Assembly (NCBI GenBank): GCA_041497895.1
Contig: JBGQHJ010000008.1
Span: forward strand, 1-62,096
Direction: 5' to 3'
Origin: Candidatus Methylomirabilia bacterium
GTDB lineage: Bacteria > Methylomirabilota > Methylomirabilia > Rokubacteriales > CSP1-6
DNA length: 62,096 nt
Part shown: positions 20,256 through 29,509 of the stretch, one piece after another
Layout of the letters: each line of letters opens with the position of its first letter
Position numbering within the stretch: position 1 is the stretch's first letter
Notes under the pieces: generated by a model
What the model was told of the DNA's origin: nothing
Databases searched by the model: none
The model's input: the letters and a program-made list of their open reading frames with translations, nothing else
Position numbers and translations under genes: made by a program

Positions 20256-20335
20256 CGCGTGCCCGCTTCGCGCTCGCTGCCCTGGGCGACGGGCGCCCCG
20301 ACGTCCTCGACCCGCGGCGGCGGGGGCAGCTCTAG
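20252..20335 (+). pseudogene. 27-aa chimeric mini-ORF, probable deletion scar of an ABC operon
   Basis: SD AAAGGAGG, ATGA overlap with the upstream stop. MTRARFALAALGDGRPDVLDPRRRGQL; the tail resembles a DppC C-terminus. Confidence 0.5.
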
Positions 20336-20337
20336 CC

Positions 20338-21114
20338 GTGCGGCTCGAGGGGCGGGTGGCCATCGTGACCGGCGCCGCGCACGGCATCGGCCGCGCGATC
20401 TGCGTGGAGCTGGCCCGCGAGGGCGCGCGGGTGTGGGCCTGTGACGTGCGCGCGCCCGAGCTCGCGGCGACGCGCGCCGCGATGGACGCGGTGGGGCCCG
20501 GGGCCGGCGAGACCGCGGTGGTGGACGTGCGCGACGCGTCTGCGGTGGCCGCGTTCGTGGCGCGGGTGGACGGAGCGGTCGGCCGCGTCGACATCCTGGT
20601 CAACACCGCGGGCGGCGTGTCGGGCCAGGTGATGCGCCCGGTCGAGGAGGTCTCGGACGAGGCGTGGCGCGAGATCTTCGCGGTCAACCTGGATGGCGCG
20701 TTCCACTTCACGCGTGCGGTGGCGCCCGCGATGAAGCGGGCCGGGCGTGGCGCCATCGTGAACATCTCCTCGGGCGCCGGCCGGTCCTACAGCCTCACCG
20801 GCATCCAGGCCTACGCGAGCGCCAAGGCGGGCCTGATCGGGCTCACCCGGCAGACCGCGCGCGAGCTGGGCCGTCACGGCATCCGGGTCAACTCGGTCGC
20901 GCCCGGCTTCATGCGCACGAACCCGGCCACCGAGCGGCAGTGGGAGGCGATGGGCGCGGGGGGGCAGGCGCGGCTCATGGACTCGATCGCGCTCGGGCGG
21001 CTCGGCGCGCCGGAGGACGTGGCGCGTGCGGTGCTCTTCTTCGTGTCCGACGACGCGGGCTACGTCACCGGCCAGACCATCAGCGTCGACGGCGGGCAGT
21101 GGATGCTCGGCTGA
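20338..21114 (+). CDS. Short-chain dehydrogenase/reductase
   Basis: TGAAHGIG, NISS, YASAK, VDGG. Confidence 0.95.
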   Translation: MRLEGRVAIVTGAAHGIGRAICVELAREGARVWACDVRAPELAATRAAMDAVGPGAGETAVVDVRDASAVAAFVARVDGAVGRVDILVNTAGGVSGQVMRPVEEVSDEAWREIFAVNLDGAFHFTRAVAPAMKRAGRGAIVNISSGAGRSYSLTGIQAYASAKAGLIGLTRQTARELGRHGIRVNSVAPGFMRTNPATERQWEAMGAGGQARLMDSIALGRLGAPEDVARAVLFFVSDDAGYVTGQTISVDGGQWMLG

Positions 21115-21164
21115 GGAGTCGCCCCGGGATCGACCGACACGCCCCGTGCTAGACTGGCGCCCGC

Positions 21165-21740
21165 ATGGCCAACGAGCACGGCCGCCTGCCGAAGGCCGAC
21201 CCGGATCGGCTCGATCCGGCGCTGCGCCGCCGCCTGGAGGTGTGGCTCGCCAAGGCCTACCGGGACGACAACCTCTTCCTCACACTCGCGCGCCGGCCCG
21301 CGGTCCTCGACCTGTTCCTCTCCTGGGTGTCGTTCATCTACGCGGGCGGCTCGAGCCTCGATCCCGGCCTGGTCGAGCTGTGCCGCATCCGCCTCGCCCA
21401 GCGCAACCAGTGCGTGCACTGAAGTCTCGCGCGCAGCGCATCGTTGGTGCGCAAGGGGCTCGGGGAGGACGAGGTGCAGCAGGCGCTCGGCGATCTGGAC
21501 CGGGCCGCGCTGCCCGCCCGTACGGTGGCCGCGCTCCGGCTGGCCGATTGCTTGAGCGGCGAGAAGCCCGAGGTGGGCGACGCGCTCTTCGACCTGCTGC
21601 GCCGGCACTTCGACGAGGGCGAGATCCTCGAGTTGGGCGCCGCGCTCACCGTCGCCTCGGGCTGGCAGCGCTTCATCGAGGCCTTCGGCATCCGGCCCGA
21701 CGCCTGGAGCGAGAGCACGCCGCTGCCCTGGGAGCGCTGA
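21165..21740 (+). CDS. AhpD/carboxymuconolactone-decarboxylase-family probable selenoprotein (CxxU), 191 aa
   Basis: Track ORFs 21165-21422 and 21444-21740 are in one frame, joined across TGA 21420-2: ELCRIRLAQRNQ-C-V-H-U-SLARS. The C-half carries the CMD-type DALFDLLRRHFDEGEILEL. A SECIS-like hairpin follows the TGA. Confidence 0.85.
21436..21452 (+). promoter_or_regulatory. Candidate bacterial SECIS hairpin
   Basis: GCGCAUC-GUU-GGUGCGC: 7-bp stem with one G-U pair; the loop starts with GU, 20 nt after the UGA. Confidence 0.65.
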
Positions 21741-21753
21741 GCGCGGCCCCCCG

Positions 21754-22191
21754 CTACTCCCCGATATCCTCCGCCCACAGGGTGGGGTGGGCCGCGATGA
21801 ACCGGTCCATCAGCTCCCGGCACCGCGTGTCCTGGACCACCTCCACCGTCACGCCCCGGCTGCGCAGCAGGGCCTCTTCCCCCATGAAGGTCTGGTTCTC
21901 GCCCACGATCACCCGCGGGATCCCGTAGAGGAGGATCGTCCCGCTGCACATCGCGCACGGCGAGAGCGTGGTGTAGATGGTGCACTCGCGGTAGACGCGG
22001 GCGGGCTGCCGTCCCGCGTTCTCGAGCGCGTCCATCTCGCCGTGGAGGGTCGCGCTGCCCTTCTGCACCCGGCGATTGTGGCCGCGCCCGAGGATGCGCC
22101 CCCGGTGCACCAGCACCGAGCCGATCGGGATGCCGCCCTCGGCGAAGCCGGCCTCGGCCTCCTCGAGGGCGGCCCGCAGGAACTCGTCCAT
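21754..22191 (-). CDS. Zn-dependent cytosine/nucleoside deaminase (fungal-type fold)
   Basis: GGIPIGSVL, HGE, TTLSPCAMC. Confidence 0.92.
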   Translation of the reverse strand: MDEFLRAALEEAEAGFAEGGIPIGSVLVHRGRILGRGHNRRVQKGSATLHGEMDALENAGRQPARVYRECTIYTTLSPCAMCSGTILLYGIPRVIVGENQTFMGEEALLRSRGVTVEVVQDTRCRELMDRFIAAHPTLWAEDIGE

Positions 22192-22204
22192 CCGGCCGCG
22201 CGCG

Positions 22205-23632
22205 CTACCGGCCGCCGCGCATCGTCTGCGGCACCGTCACCGGCTCGGTTCGACGGCCGAGGACCAGATAGAGTCCGCCCGCCACCACGATGCCCACCAG
22301 CCAGCTCAGGTCCGCGCCCGAGAGCAGCTTGGTCGAGATCGGCCCCTGCAGCGCGGGCACGAGGCCGTCCTCCACCGACCAGCCCGCGATCAGGCCCGCC
22401 ACGAAGGCCACGATCGCGCCCCAGTTGACGTCGCCGTAGGCGCTGCGCTCGGGCTCCCGGTAGAGCTCGGCCACGTCGATCCGCCCGTGCCGCGCGAGGA
22501 AGAAGTCGGCCAGGATCACGCCGGCCCACGGGCTCATCCACAGCAGCAGGCTGATCATCCAGTTGTCGAAGGCCTTGGCGAACGACGGCTGGAAGAGGAA
22601 GTAGATCGTGACCAGGTAGCCCACGATGCCCGCGATCAGCGCCATCGCGGTGCGGGAGACGCGCACCCCCATGCTGAGCGCGGCGAGCGCGGCCGAGTAC
22701 ACGTTCAGGATGTTGGTGGCGACCGGGCCGTGCAGCACGATCAGGAGCACCAGGAGGCTGGTGACCCCGCCGAACACCGCGCTCACCATCTTGGCCGGGT
22801 CGGTGTCCATGGTGGTGCTGGCGATGGTCGCACCCAGGATGGCGAGCCACACCGTGGGGACGAACATCCCGACGTAGCTGTACCAGAACACGGAGGACGA
22901 GGAGACGTGCCGCGGCACGAAGCGCGAGTAGTCCGCGGCCCACGTCACCCAGGAGATGCCCCAGCCCACCCCGATCGCGGTGGTGAGCAGGGTCAGCATC
23001 GCGAAGTGGGCCGCGGGCGGGAGCGAGCTGGTGAGGCCCCAGTTGACCACTCCCGGGCGCGTCCAGGCCAGCACGCTCATCACCGCCATGAGCACCACCG
23101 TGATCGGCACCGTGTACTTCTCGAAGGTGCGGATCGCGTAGAAGCCGTAGATGCCGATCAGCACCTGCACCACCATGACCACCGTCACGACCAGGAAGTT
23201 GGTCGGCCACGTGTCGGGGACCCCGAACTGGCCGAGGATCGCGACCGCGATCTTCACCGGGAAGTAGGTGTTGACCCCGATCCAGCCGAGCGTCATGAGG
23301 AACATCAGCGCGCTCGGCAGGTACGCGCCGCGGCGACCGAAGGCGGAGCGGCTGAGCACCATCTGGTTCACCCCGGTCTTGTGGCCCATCACCGTGAAGG
23401 CGGAGAAGATCGCGCAGCCCACCAGGTTGCCCAGCACGATGACCGCGATGGTCTCCCACAGGCCGAGCTTGAGCACGATGCCGAGCGCGCCGAGGGCCCA
23501 GTTGATCGGGGCGATGTTGGCGCCCGCCCAGATCCACATCTGCTGCGGACCGGTGGAATCCTTGTCGGATTCCGGGATGGGTTCGATGCGATGAACGTCG
23601 GCCCTGAGCTCGCTGCTGGCTTCGCTCGTCAT
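22205..23632 (-). CDS. NCS1 purine-cytosine permease
   Basis: WIWAGAN, MVLSRSAFG..G, ADYSRF, NVYS; about 12 TM segments. Confidence 0.92.
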   Translation of the reverse strand: MTSEASSELRADVHRIEPIPESDKDSTGPQQMWIWAGANIAPINWALGALGIVLKLGLWETIAVIVLGNLVGCAIFSAFTVMGHKTGVNQMVLSRSAFGRRGAYLPSALMFLMTLGWIGVNTYFPVKIAVAILGQFGVPDTWPTNFLVVTVVMVVQVLIGIYGFYAIRTFEKYTVPITVVLMAVMSVLAWTRPGVVNWGLTSSLPPAAHFAMLTLLTTAIGVGWGISWVTWAADYSRFVPRHVSSSSVFWYSYVGMFVPTVWLAILGATIASTTMDTDPAKMVSAVFGGVTSLLVLLIVLHGPVATNILNVYSAALAALSMGVRVSRTAMALIAGIVGYLVTIYFLFQPSFAKAFDNWMISLLLWMSPWAGVILADFFLARHGRIDVAELYREPERSAYGDVNWGAIVAFVAGLIAGWSVEDGLVPALQGPISTKLLSGADLSWLVGIVVAGGLYLVLGRRTEPVTVPQTMRGGR

Positions 23633-23819
23633 GTTGCCCCCCTTGACCCAGTGATCGGCAGTGCGGCTGGGTGGTGCTGTGGGCTCGGACGACGCCGTCG
23701 TGGCCGCCGCGATACTGCGCCGCCCACCCGACCGTGTCAAGAGGCTGGCGGGCCCGCGGGACGGAGGGCCCGCCGCCTTGCCCTCGGCGGTCGGCCGCTT
23801 CTATACTCGCGCCGACCGC

Positions 23820-24773
23820 ATGCGACGATACCTGACGCACCGTCTCCTCTCCGCCCTCTTCGTCCTGGTCGGCGTCTCCTTCGTGGTGTTCCTCGCGCTG
23901 CACCTCGCCCCCGGCGATCCGGCCCAGGTCCTGCTGGGCCCGATGGCGACCCCGAGCGAGCTCGGGAACCTGCGGGCTCAGCTCGGCCTCGACCGGCCCA
24001 TGATCGTGCAGTACGGACGGTGGGCCGCGCGCGCGGCGCAGGGCGACCTCGGCCGCTCGATCATGCTGCGCCGGCCGGTGCTGCCGGAGCTGGCGCGCCG
24101 CTTCCAGGCCACCCTGATCCTGGCCGGCGGCGCGCTCGTGCTCGCCTTCCCGGCCGGGATCCTGCTGGGGGTGCTGGCGGCCACGCGCCCGGGTTCGGCG
24201 ATCGATCGCCTCTCCCAGGTCGTGGCGATGGTGGGGATCAGCATGCCCGCGTTCTGGGTCGGGCTCCTCCTGATCATCGGCTTCTCGGTGCGGCTCGGCT
24301 GGCTGCCCGGCACCGGCATGTACTCGCCCGCGGGCGACGGCGGCACCGGTGATCTGCTCGCGCACCTGATCCTACCCGCGGTCACGCTGTCGCTGGTGCC
24401 GCTCGCCATCGTCTCGCGACTCACGCGCTCGAGCATGCTCGACGTGATCGCCCAGGACTACGTGCGCACCGCGCGGGCGAAGGGCGCCTCCGAGGCGCGG
24501 GTGATCGGCTGGCACGCCTTCCGCAACACGCTGGTCGCCCTCGTGACCGTGCTCGGCCTGCAGGTCGGCTACCTCCTCGCGGGCGCGGTGTACGTGGAGA
24601 CGGTGTTCGCGTGGCCGGGCGTCGGCTTCATGATGGTCAACGCCATCCTCACGCGCGACTTCCCGCTGGTGCAGGGGGGCGTGCTGCTGATCGCGACCAC
24701 GTACGTCATGATCAACCTCGCCACCGATCTGCTGTACGCGGTGGTGGACCCGCGCGTCCGGCATGTCCACTGA
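23820..24773 (+). CDS. Peptide/nickel ABC permease (DppB-like)
   Basis: PGDPA, GDLGRS, DYVRTARAKG, ETVFAWPG, RDFPLVQG. Confidence 0.95.
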   Translation: MRRYLTHRLLSALFVLVGVSFVVFLALHLAPGDPAQVLLGPMATPSELGNLRAQLGLDRPMIVQYGRWAARAAQGDLGRSIMLRRPVLPELARRFQATLILAGGALVLAFPAGILLGVLAATRPGSAIDRLSQVVAMVGISMPAFWVGLLLIIGFSVRLGWLPGTGMYSPAGDGGTGDLLAHLILPAVTLSLVPLAIVSRLTRSSMLDVIAQDYVRTARAKGASEARVIGWHAFRNTLVALVTVLGLQVGYLLAGAVYVETVFAWPGVGFMMVNAILTRDFPLVQGGVLLIATTYVMINLATDLLYAVVDPRVRHVH

Positions 24774-25608
24774 GGCCCCGGCTGCCTCCGCCCCCGCCCG
24801 CCGGCGCGGCCACTGGCGCGCGCTCGGCGCGCTCATCGTGGCCCTGGTCGCGGTCGCGGCGGCGCTGGCCCCCGCGTTGCCGCTCGCCGACCCCAACCGC
24901 ACGCAGCCGAGCGGGCGCCTCGCGCCGCCGCTCAGCCCGGGCCATCCGCTCGGCTCCGACCACCTGGGGCGCGACCTGCTGAGCCGCGTGGTGTGGGGCG
25001 CGCGGGTCTCCCTGGTGGTGGGGGTCCTGGCCACCCTGCTCGCGATGCTCGCGGGGACCGCGGTCGGCCTGGTGACCGGCTTCTACGGGGGCCTGACCGA
25101 TCACGTCGCGATGCGGGGGATCGACCTCATCATGGCCTTCCCCTACATCCTGCTCGCGATGCTGCTGGTGGCCGCGCTCGGGCCGGGGCTGGTCAACGCG
25201 ATGCTCGCGGTGGCGGTGGTGAACGTGTCGTTCTACGCGCGCGGGGTGCGCGCCGCGGTGCTGCTGCTGCGCGAGCAGGAGTTCGTGGAGGCGGCCCGCG
25301 CGGTCGGCTCCACCGAGGGCCGCATCCTGCGCCGCCACATCCTGCCCGGCATCGCGGGGCCCATCCTGGTGTTCGTGTCGATGAACATCGGGGTGATGAT
25401 CACCGAGAGCGCGGGATTGAGCTTCATCGGCCTGGGCGCCCAGCCGCCCACCGCGGACTGGGGCACGATGCTGGCCGACGGCCGGCAGTTCATCACGGTG
25501 GCCGCGCACGTGGCCGCGATTCCCGGGCTCGCGATCTTTCTCTTGGTGCTAGGTTGTAACCTCTTGGGCGACGGGCTGCGCGACGCGCTCGACCCGAGGC
25601 TACGGTGA
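24763..25608 (+). CDS. Peptide/nickel ABC permease (DppC-like)
   Basis: HPLGSDHLGRD, EFVEAARAVG, LSFIGLG, LGDGLRDALDPR. Confidence 0.95.
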   Translation: MSTEAPAASAPARRRGHWRALGALIVALVAVAAALAPALPLADPNRTQPSGRLAPPLSPGHPLGSDHLGRDLLSRVVWGARVSLVVGVLATLLAMLAGTAVGLVTGFYGGLTDHVAMRGIDLIMAFPYILLAMLLVAALGPGLVNAMLAVAVVNVSFYARGVRAAVLLLREQEFVEAARAVGSTEGRILRRHILPGIAGPILVFVSMNIGVMITESAGLSFIGLGAQPPTADWGTMLADGRQFITVAAHVAAIPGLAIFLLVLGCNLLGDGLRDALDPRLR

Positions 25609-25648
25609 CGCGATTCTGGGCAGTGACCCCGCAGGAGGAGGACACCCG

Positions 25649-27217
25649 ATGAGAGGATGGCGGAAGACGATGGCGATGGCGGTGCTGCTGCTCACCGCGC
25701 TGGTCGGCGCGGGCGCGCCGGAGGCGCGCGCGGCGGCCAAGACCCTGGTGGTGGGGCTGGTGGCCGAGCCCACCTCGATGGATCCCGGGCAGCTCACCGA
25801 CATCAACTCGATGCGGGTGCTCTCGAGCGTCTACGACACCCTCGTGCGCTTCAAGGAGGGCTCGTTCACCCAGGAGCCGGGGCTGGCCACCGCGTGGAAG
25901 ATGTCGCCGGACGGCCTCACCTACACCTTCACCCTGCGCAAGAACGTGAAGTTCCACGACGGCACCCCGTTCGACGCCGACGCGGTCAAGTTCACCTACG
26001 ACCGGCTGCTCGATCCCAAGCATCCCCAGGCCGAGACCGGGCCCTTCCCGTTCGCCTCGTTCTACTACGGGGCGATCAAGGAGGTCACGGTGGTGGACCC
26101 GGGGACGGTGCGCTTCACGCTCAAGCAGCCGTTCTCGCCGCTGCTCAACAACCTCACGCTCAACACCGGGCGCATCGTGAGCCCGACCGCGGTGAAGAAG
26201 TACGGCAAGGAGTTCGCGAGCCATCCGGTGGGCACCGGCCCGTTCAAGTTCGTGTCGTGGGACAAGAACGTGCGCATCGTGCTGGAGGCGAATGCCTCGT
26301 ACTGGGCCGGGCCTCCGAAGCTCGATCGCATCGTGTTCCGGCCGCTGGTGGAGGAGCAGACCCGGGTGACCGAGCTGCTGTCGGGCGGGGTGGACTTCAT
26401 CGTGGACGTGCCCCCGGACAACGTGGCCCAGGTGAAGAAGGACCCCAAGCTCGTCTACTACGAGCAGCCGGGCCCGCACATCTGGTGGGTGACGCTCAAC
26501 ACCGAGAAGAAGCCGTTCAACGACGTGCGGGTGCGCCGCGCGGTGAACTACGCGGTGAACCGGGACGCGATCGCCGGCGATCTCCTCAAGAAGACCGCCA
26601 CCGCCGCCATCGGGCCGGTGCCGCCGTCGATCACCTGGGCCTTCACGGATCAGGTCACGAAGTATCCGTACGATCCGGCCCGGGCCAAGAAGCTGCTCGC
26701 CGAGGCCGGGTATCCCAATGGGTTCCCGGCGGTGTTCTGGATCCCGGAGTCGGGCTCGGGCATGCAGTCGCCCAAGACCATGGCCCAGGCCATCCAGGCC
26801 GACCTGGCCGCGGTCGGCGTGCAGGCCTCGATCCAGACCTTCGAGTGGGGCGCCTACCTCAACAAGTACGGGAAGGGCTTCGGCCAGGAGGCCGACATGG
26901 GCGCCATGTCGTTCATGCTGGATCCGGGTGACCCGGCCCCCATGCTGAGCCTGGTCATCGACGGCAAGGGGGGCTTCCGGGGCGGGGCCTATGCGAATCC
27001 CGAGGTCGACAAGCTGCTGGCCGAGGCGAGCCGCATCGTGGACCTCAAGAAGCGGGGCGACCTCTACCGGCAGGTGCAGAAGCTGGTGGTGGACGACGCC
27101 CCGTGGATCTTCGTCGACAACGCGCTCCAGAACGCGGCCGGCACCAAGAAGGTGAGCGGCTTCAAGCTCCACCCCTCCTTCTACCTTTTCTTCGACAAGA
27201 TCTCGGTCGCTCCGTAG
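25649..27217 (+). CDS. ABC substrate-binding protein, family 5 (DppA-like)
   Basis: Signal peptide, YTFTLRKNVKFHDGTPF, PVGTGPF, YDPARAKKLLAEAG. Confidence 0.95.
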   Translation: MRGWRKTMAMAVLLLTALVGAGAPEARAAAKTLVVGLVAEPTSMDPGQLTDINSMRVLSSVYDTLVRFKEGSFTQEPGLATAWKMSPDGLTYTFTLRKNVKFHDGTPFDADAVKFTYDRLLDPKHPQAETGPFPFASFYYGAIKEVTVVDPGTVRFTLKQPFSPLLNNLTLNTGRIVSPTAVKKYGKEFASHPVGTGPFKFVSWDKNVRIVLEANASYWAGPPKLDRIVFRPLVEEQTRVTELLSGGVDFIVDVPPDNVAQVKKDPKLVYYEQPGPHIWWVTLNTEKKPFNDVRVRRAVNYAVNRDAIAGDLLKKTATAAIGPVPPSITWAFTDQVTKYPYDPARAKKLLAEAGYPNGFPAVFWIPESGSGMQSPKTMAQAIQADLAAVGVQASIQTFEWGAYLNKYGKGFGQEADMGAMSFMLDPGDPAPMLSLVIDGKGGFRGGAYANPEVDKLLAEASRIVDLKKRGDLYRQVQKLVVDDAPWIFVDNALQNAAGTKKVSGFKLHPSFYLFFDKISVAP

Positions 27218-27347
27218 CCGCGCCGCTCCGCGGTCAGCAGGACTTACCCGGTAGTTCGGGTTCGTCTTCCCGCCGCTCGCCTCGCGCCCGCGCGCGCCAT
27301 ACCCCATCGAGCTCCGCCACCGCGCCGTTCTTGCGCCCGAAACGGCG

Positions 27348-27363
27348 AGGCACAGTCCTTGCC
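27348..27363 (+). promoter_or_regulatory. Sigma54 promoter
   Basis: AGGCACAGTCCTTGCC (GG-N10-GC), about 40 nt upstream of GTG 27406. Confidence 0.65.
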
Positions 27364-27405
27364 CTCCCCTTCGCAGCGATCGATCTCAACCGGGGGAGAC
27401 AGGGC

Positions 27406-27588
27406 GTGAAGACCGAGCGGGTGCACGAGTTGATCTACCAGGTGCTGGAGACCGAGCGGGGAGGCATCCAGATGTACGAGACCGCGCTCCGCTCCGTCGT
27501 CAACGCCGAGCTGGGGGAAGAGTGGGGAGAGTACCTGGAGCAGACGAGGAATCACGAGCGCATCGTGCTCGCGCTGATGGAGAAGCTG
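27406..27588 (+). pseudogene. 5' fragment of a ferritin-like four-helix-bundle protein
   Basis: MKTERVHELIYQVLETERGGIQMYETALRSVVNAELGEEWGEYLEQTRNHERIVLALMEKL, then runs without a stop into the antisense strand of the next gene. Confidence 0.65.
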
Positions 27589-27598
27589 GTGTCGGCGG

Positions 27599-28036
27599 TC
27601 AGTGCCGGCGCTCGAGGTCGAGGTCGGTGCGGCGGAGCCGCTCGATCTGCGCCCGGAGTCGCGCCGATTCGTCCTCCCGCGCCAGCAGATCCCCGAGCAC
27701 CGCCCGCCAGGCGCGCGCCTCGCGCTCCCAGCGGCTCTGCGGGTACTCGGAGAGGAGGCGCGAGAACGTCGCGTGCGCGGTGCGGTAGCTCCGGAGCGGG
27801 CTCGTCGGAGACGCCTGGAGGCGGCCGAGGCCGTAGAGGGCGGAGGCGGCGGCCGGATCCGTCGGATACTCGCGCAGCACGCGCTCGTACACGCGGGAGG
27901 CTTCCTGGGCCTGCCCCTGCTCGGCGAGGTCGTCGGCCTGTGCGACCAGACGCGCCGGGGCTCGGAACGAGACCGGCGCGGTGCTGCACGCGGCCAGCAG
28001 CAGGAGGACGGGAAGCGCGCGGAGGACCCGGATCAT
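27599..28036 (-). CDS. TPR lipoprotein with C-terminal coiled coil (QseG/YfhG-like)
   Basis: Lipobox LAAC, TPR-like helices, LRAQIERLRRTDLDLERR tail. Overlaps the kinase stop. Confidence 0.75.
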   Translation of the reverse strand: MIRVLRALPVLLLLAACSTAPVSFRAPARLVAQADDLAEQGQAQEASRVYERVLREYPTDPAAASALYGLGRLQASPTSPLRSYRTAHATFSRLLSEYPQSRWEREARAWRAVLGDLLAREDESARLRAQIERLRRTDLDLERRH

Positions 28037-29481
28037 GCCGCGGCCGGCGGCGCCTTTGGCAGCTCGATCGTGAAGCAGCTGCCCTGGCCCGGCGCGGAGG
28101 CGACGCTCACCGTCCCGTGATGCGCCTCGACCAGCCCCTTGACCACCGCCAGGCCGAGGCCGCTGCCCTGCCGCCGCCCGTGGGCCTGATGGTACGGCTC
28201 GAAGATCGCCGAGAGCGCTTCCGGCGGGATGCCGACGCCGGTGTCCTGGACCTGCAGCTCGAGCCGGTCACCTCGCTCGGCGAGGCGCAGTGTCACCGAG
28301 CCGTCCGGTCCGGTGAAGTTGACCGCGTTGCCCAGGAGATTCACGACCACGCGCACCAGACTTCCTTCTTCGCCGAGCACCGTGAAGTCGGTCCCCTCCG
28401 CGGCCAGGGTCAGCCGGATCCGCTTGGCCTCGGCGACCGGCCGCAGCTCGTCCATCGCGCGCGTCACCGCCTCGAGGGCGTCGATCGGCCGGGTCTCGAG
28501 CGGGACCGCGAGGGCGCGGAGGCGGGTGAAGTCCAGGATCTGGTTGACCATGGCCAGCATCCGGCCCGCGCTCGCCTCGATGAGCTGGGCGAGCCGCAGC
28601 CCGCGCGGGTCGGCCGCCTTCCGGGCCCGCTCCTGCAGGGTCTCGGCGGCGAGGCGGATCGAGGCGAGGGGATTTCGCAGGTCGTGCGAGACGTGGGAGA
28701 AGAACTCCTGCTTGAGCTCGTCGACCTGGCGGAGGCGCTCCGCCATGCGGTCGAACGAGCGGCCGAGCTCGCCGATCTCGTCGCGATCCGGCGTGGCGAG
28801 GGGCACGGTCCACGTCCCGGCCGCGAGCGCGGCGGTGGCCGCGGACAGGCGCCGGAGCGATCGCGTCATCCGGAACGCGAGGAAGGCGCTGGCCGCGACG
28901 GCCAGGGCCAGGCTGGTCAGCAGCGCGGCCGCCACCGCGTGCCACGTCCACTCCTCGAGCTCGCGGGCGCGAGCCTGGGAGCGGGCCAGCGCGGCCTCGG
29001 TGGCGGTGGTCACGCCCCCGAGCGCGGTCTCGACCCGCTGGGTGGCGTCCCGCGCGCGACCTTCCGCGAGCCGCAGCGCGGCCCCCGGATGGGCGGCGGC
29101 GAGGAGACGGCTCTCCTCGTCGACGTGGGCGCGGTAGTCGTCGAAGGCCGCGCGGGTCGCCGCGAGGGCGGCCCGCTCCTCATCCGTCTCGACCTGTCGG
29201 CCGAGGTCGTCCAGGCCCTCGGCCATCCGGGCCGCCCGCTCGCTCCAGGCCCGCGCGTACTCCTGGTCCCCGAGCACCAGGGCGCGCGTCTCCAGGCGGA
29301 CGAGGGCGTGGAGCGTCTCCCGCAGCTCGCCCTGTATGCGCAGCGCCGGTACCGAGCGGGTGGCGATCTCCTGGTTGACCTAGACGAGGCGCTTGACGGT
29401 GAGCAGGCTCCATCCGATCGAGCTCGAGAGCGCGACGATGGCGAGGGCGGAGACGAGGAAGATCTTGGGGCCGAGTCGCAT
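28033..29481 (-). pseudogene. HAMP sensor histidine kinase (GlrK/QseE-like) with in-frame TAG at codon 34
   Basis: ATG 29481 gives MRLGPKIFLVSALAIVALSSSIGWSLLTVKRLV*VNQEIATRS, with the TAG at 29380-2. It continues through a periplasmic domain, TM, HAMP, SHDLRNPL, DTGVGI and GSGLGL. Confidence 0.8.
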
Positions 29482-29509
29482 GGGCGGCCGGGTGGCTGAG
29501 GCAGGTGGG

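Noticed and set aside
21444..21740. Separate 98-aa gene starting at TTG
   Set aside because: No SD, only half a CMD fold, and in frame with the upstream ORF across the UGA.
29380..29382. Pyrrolysine or amber recoding
   Set aside because: TAG is an ordinary stop in many genes here (e.g. prpE, rho), the site is non-catalytic, and no pyl genes are visible.
27103..29499. 798-aa plus-strand ORF
   Set aside because: Mostly the antisense shadow of the kinase and lipoprotein; only 27406-27588 looks protein-like.
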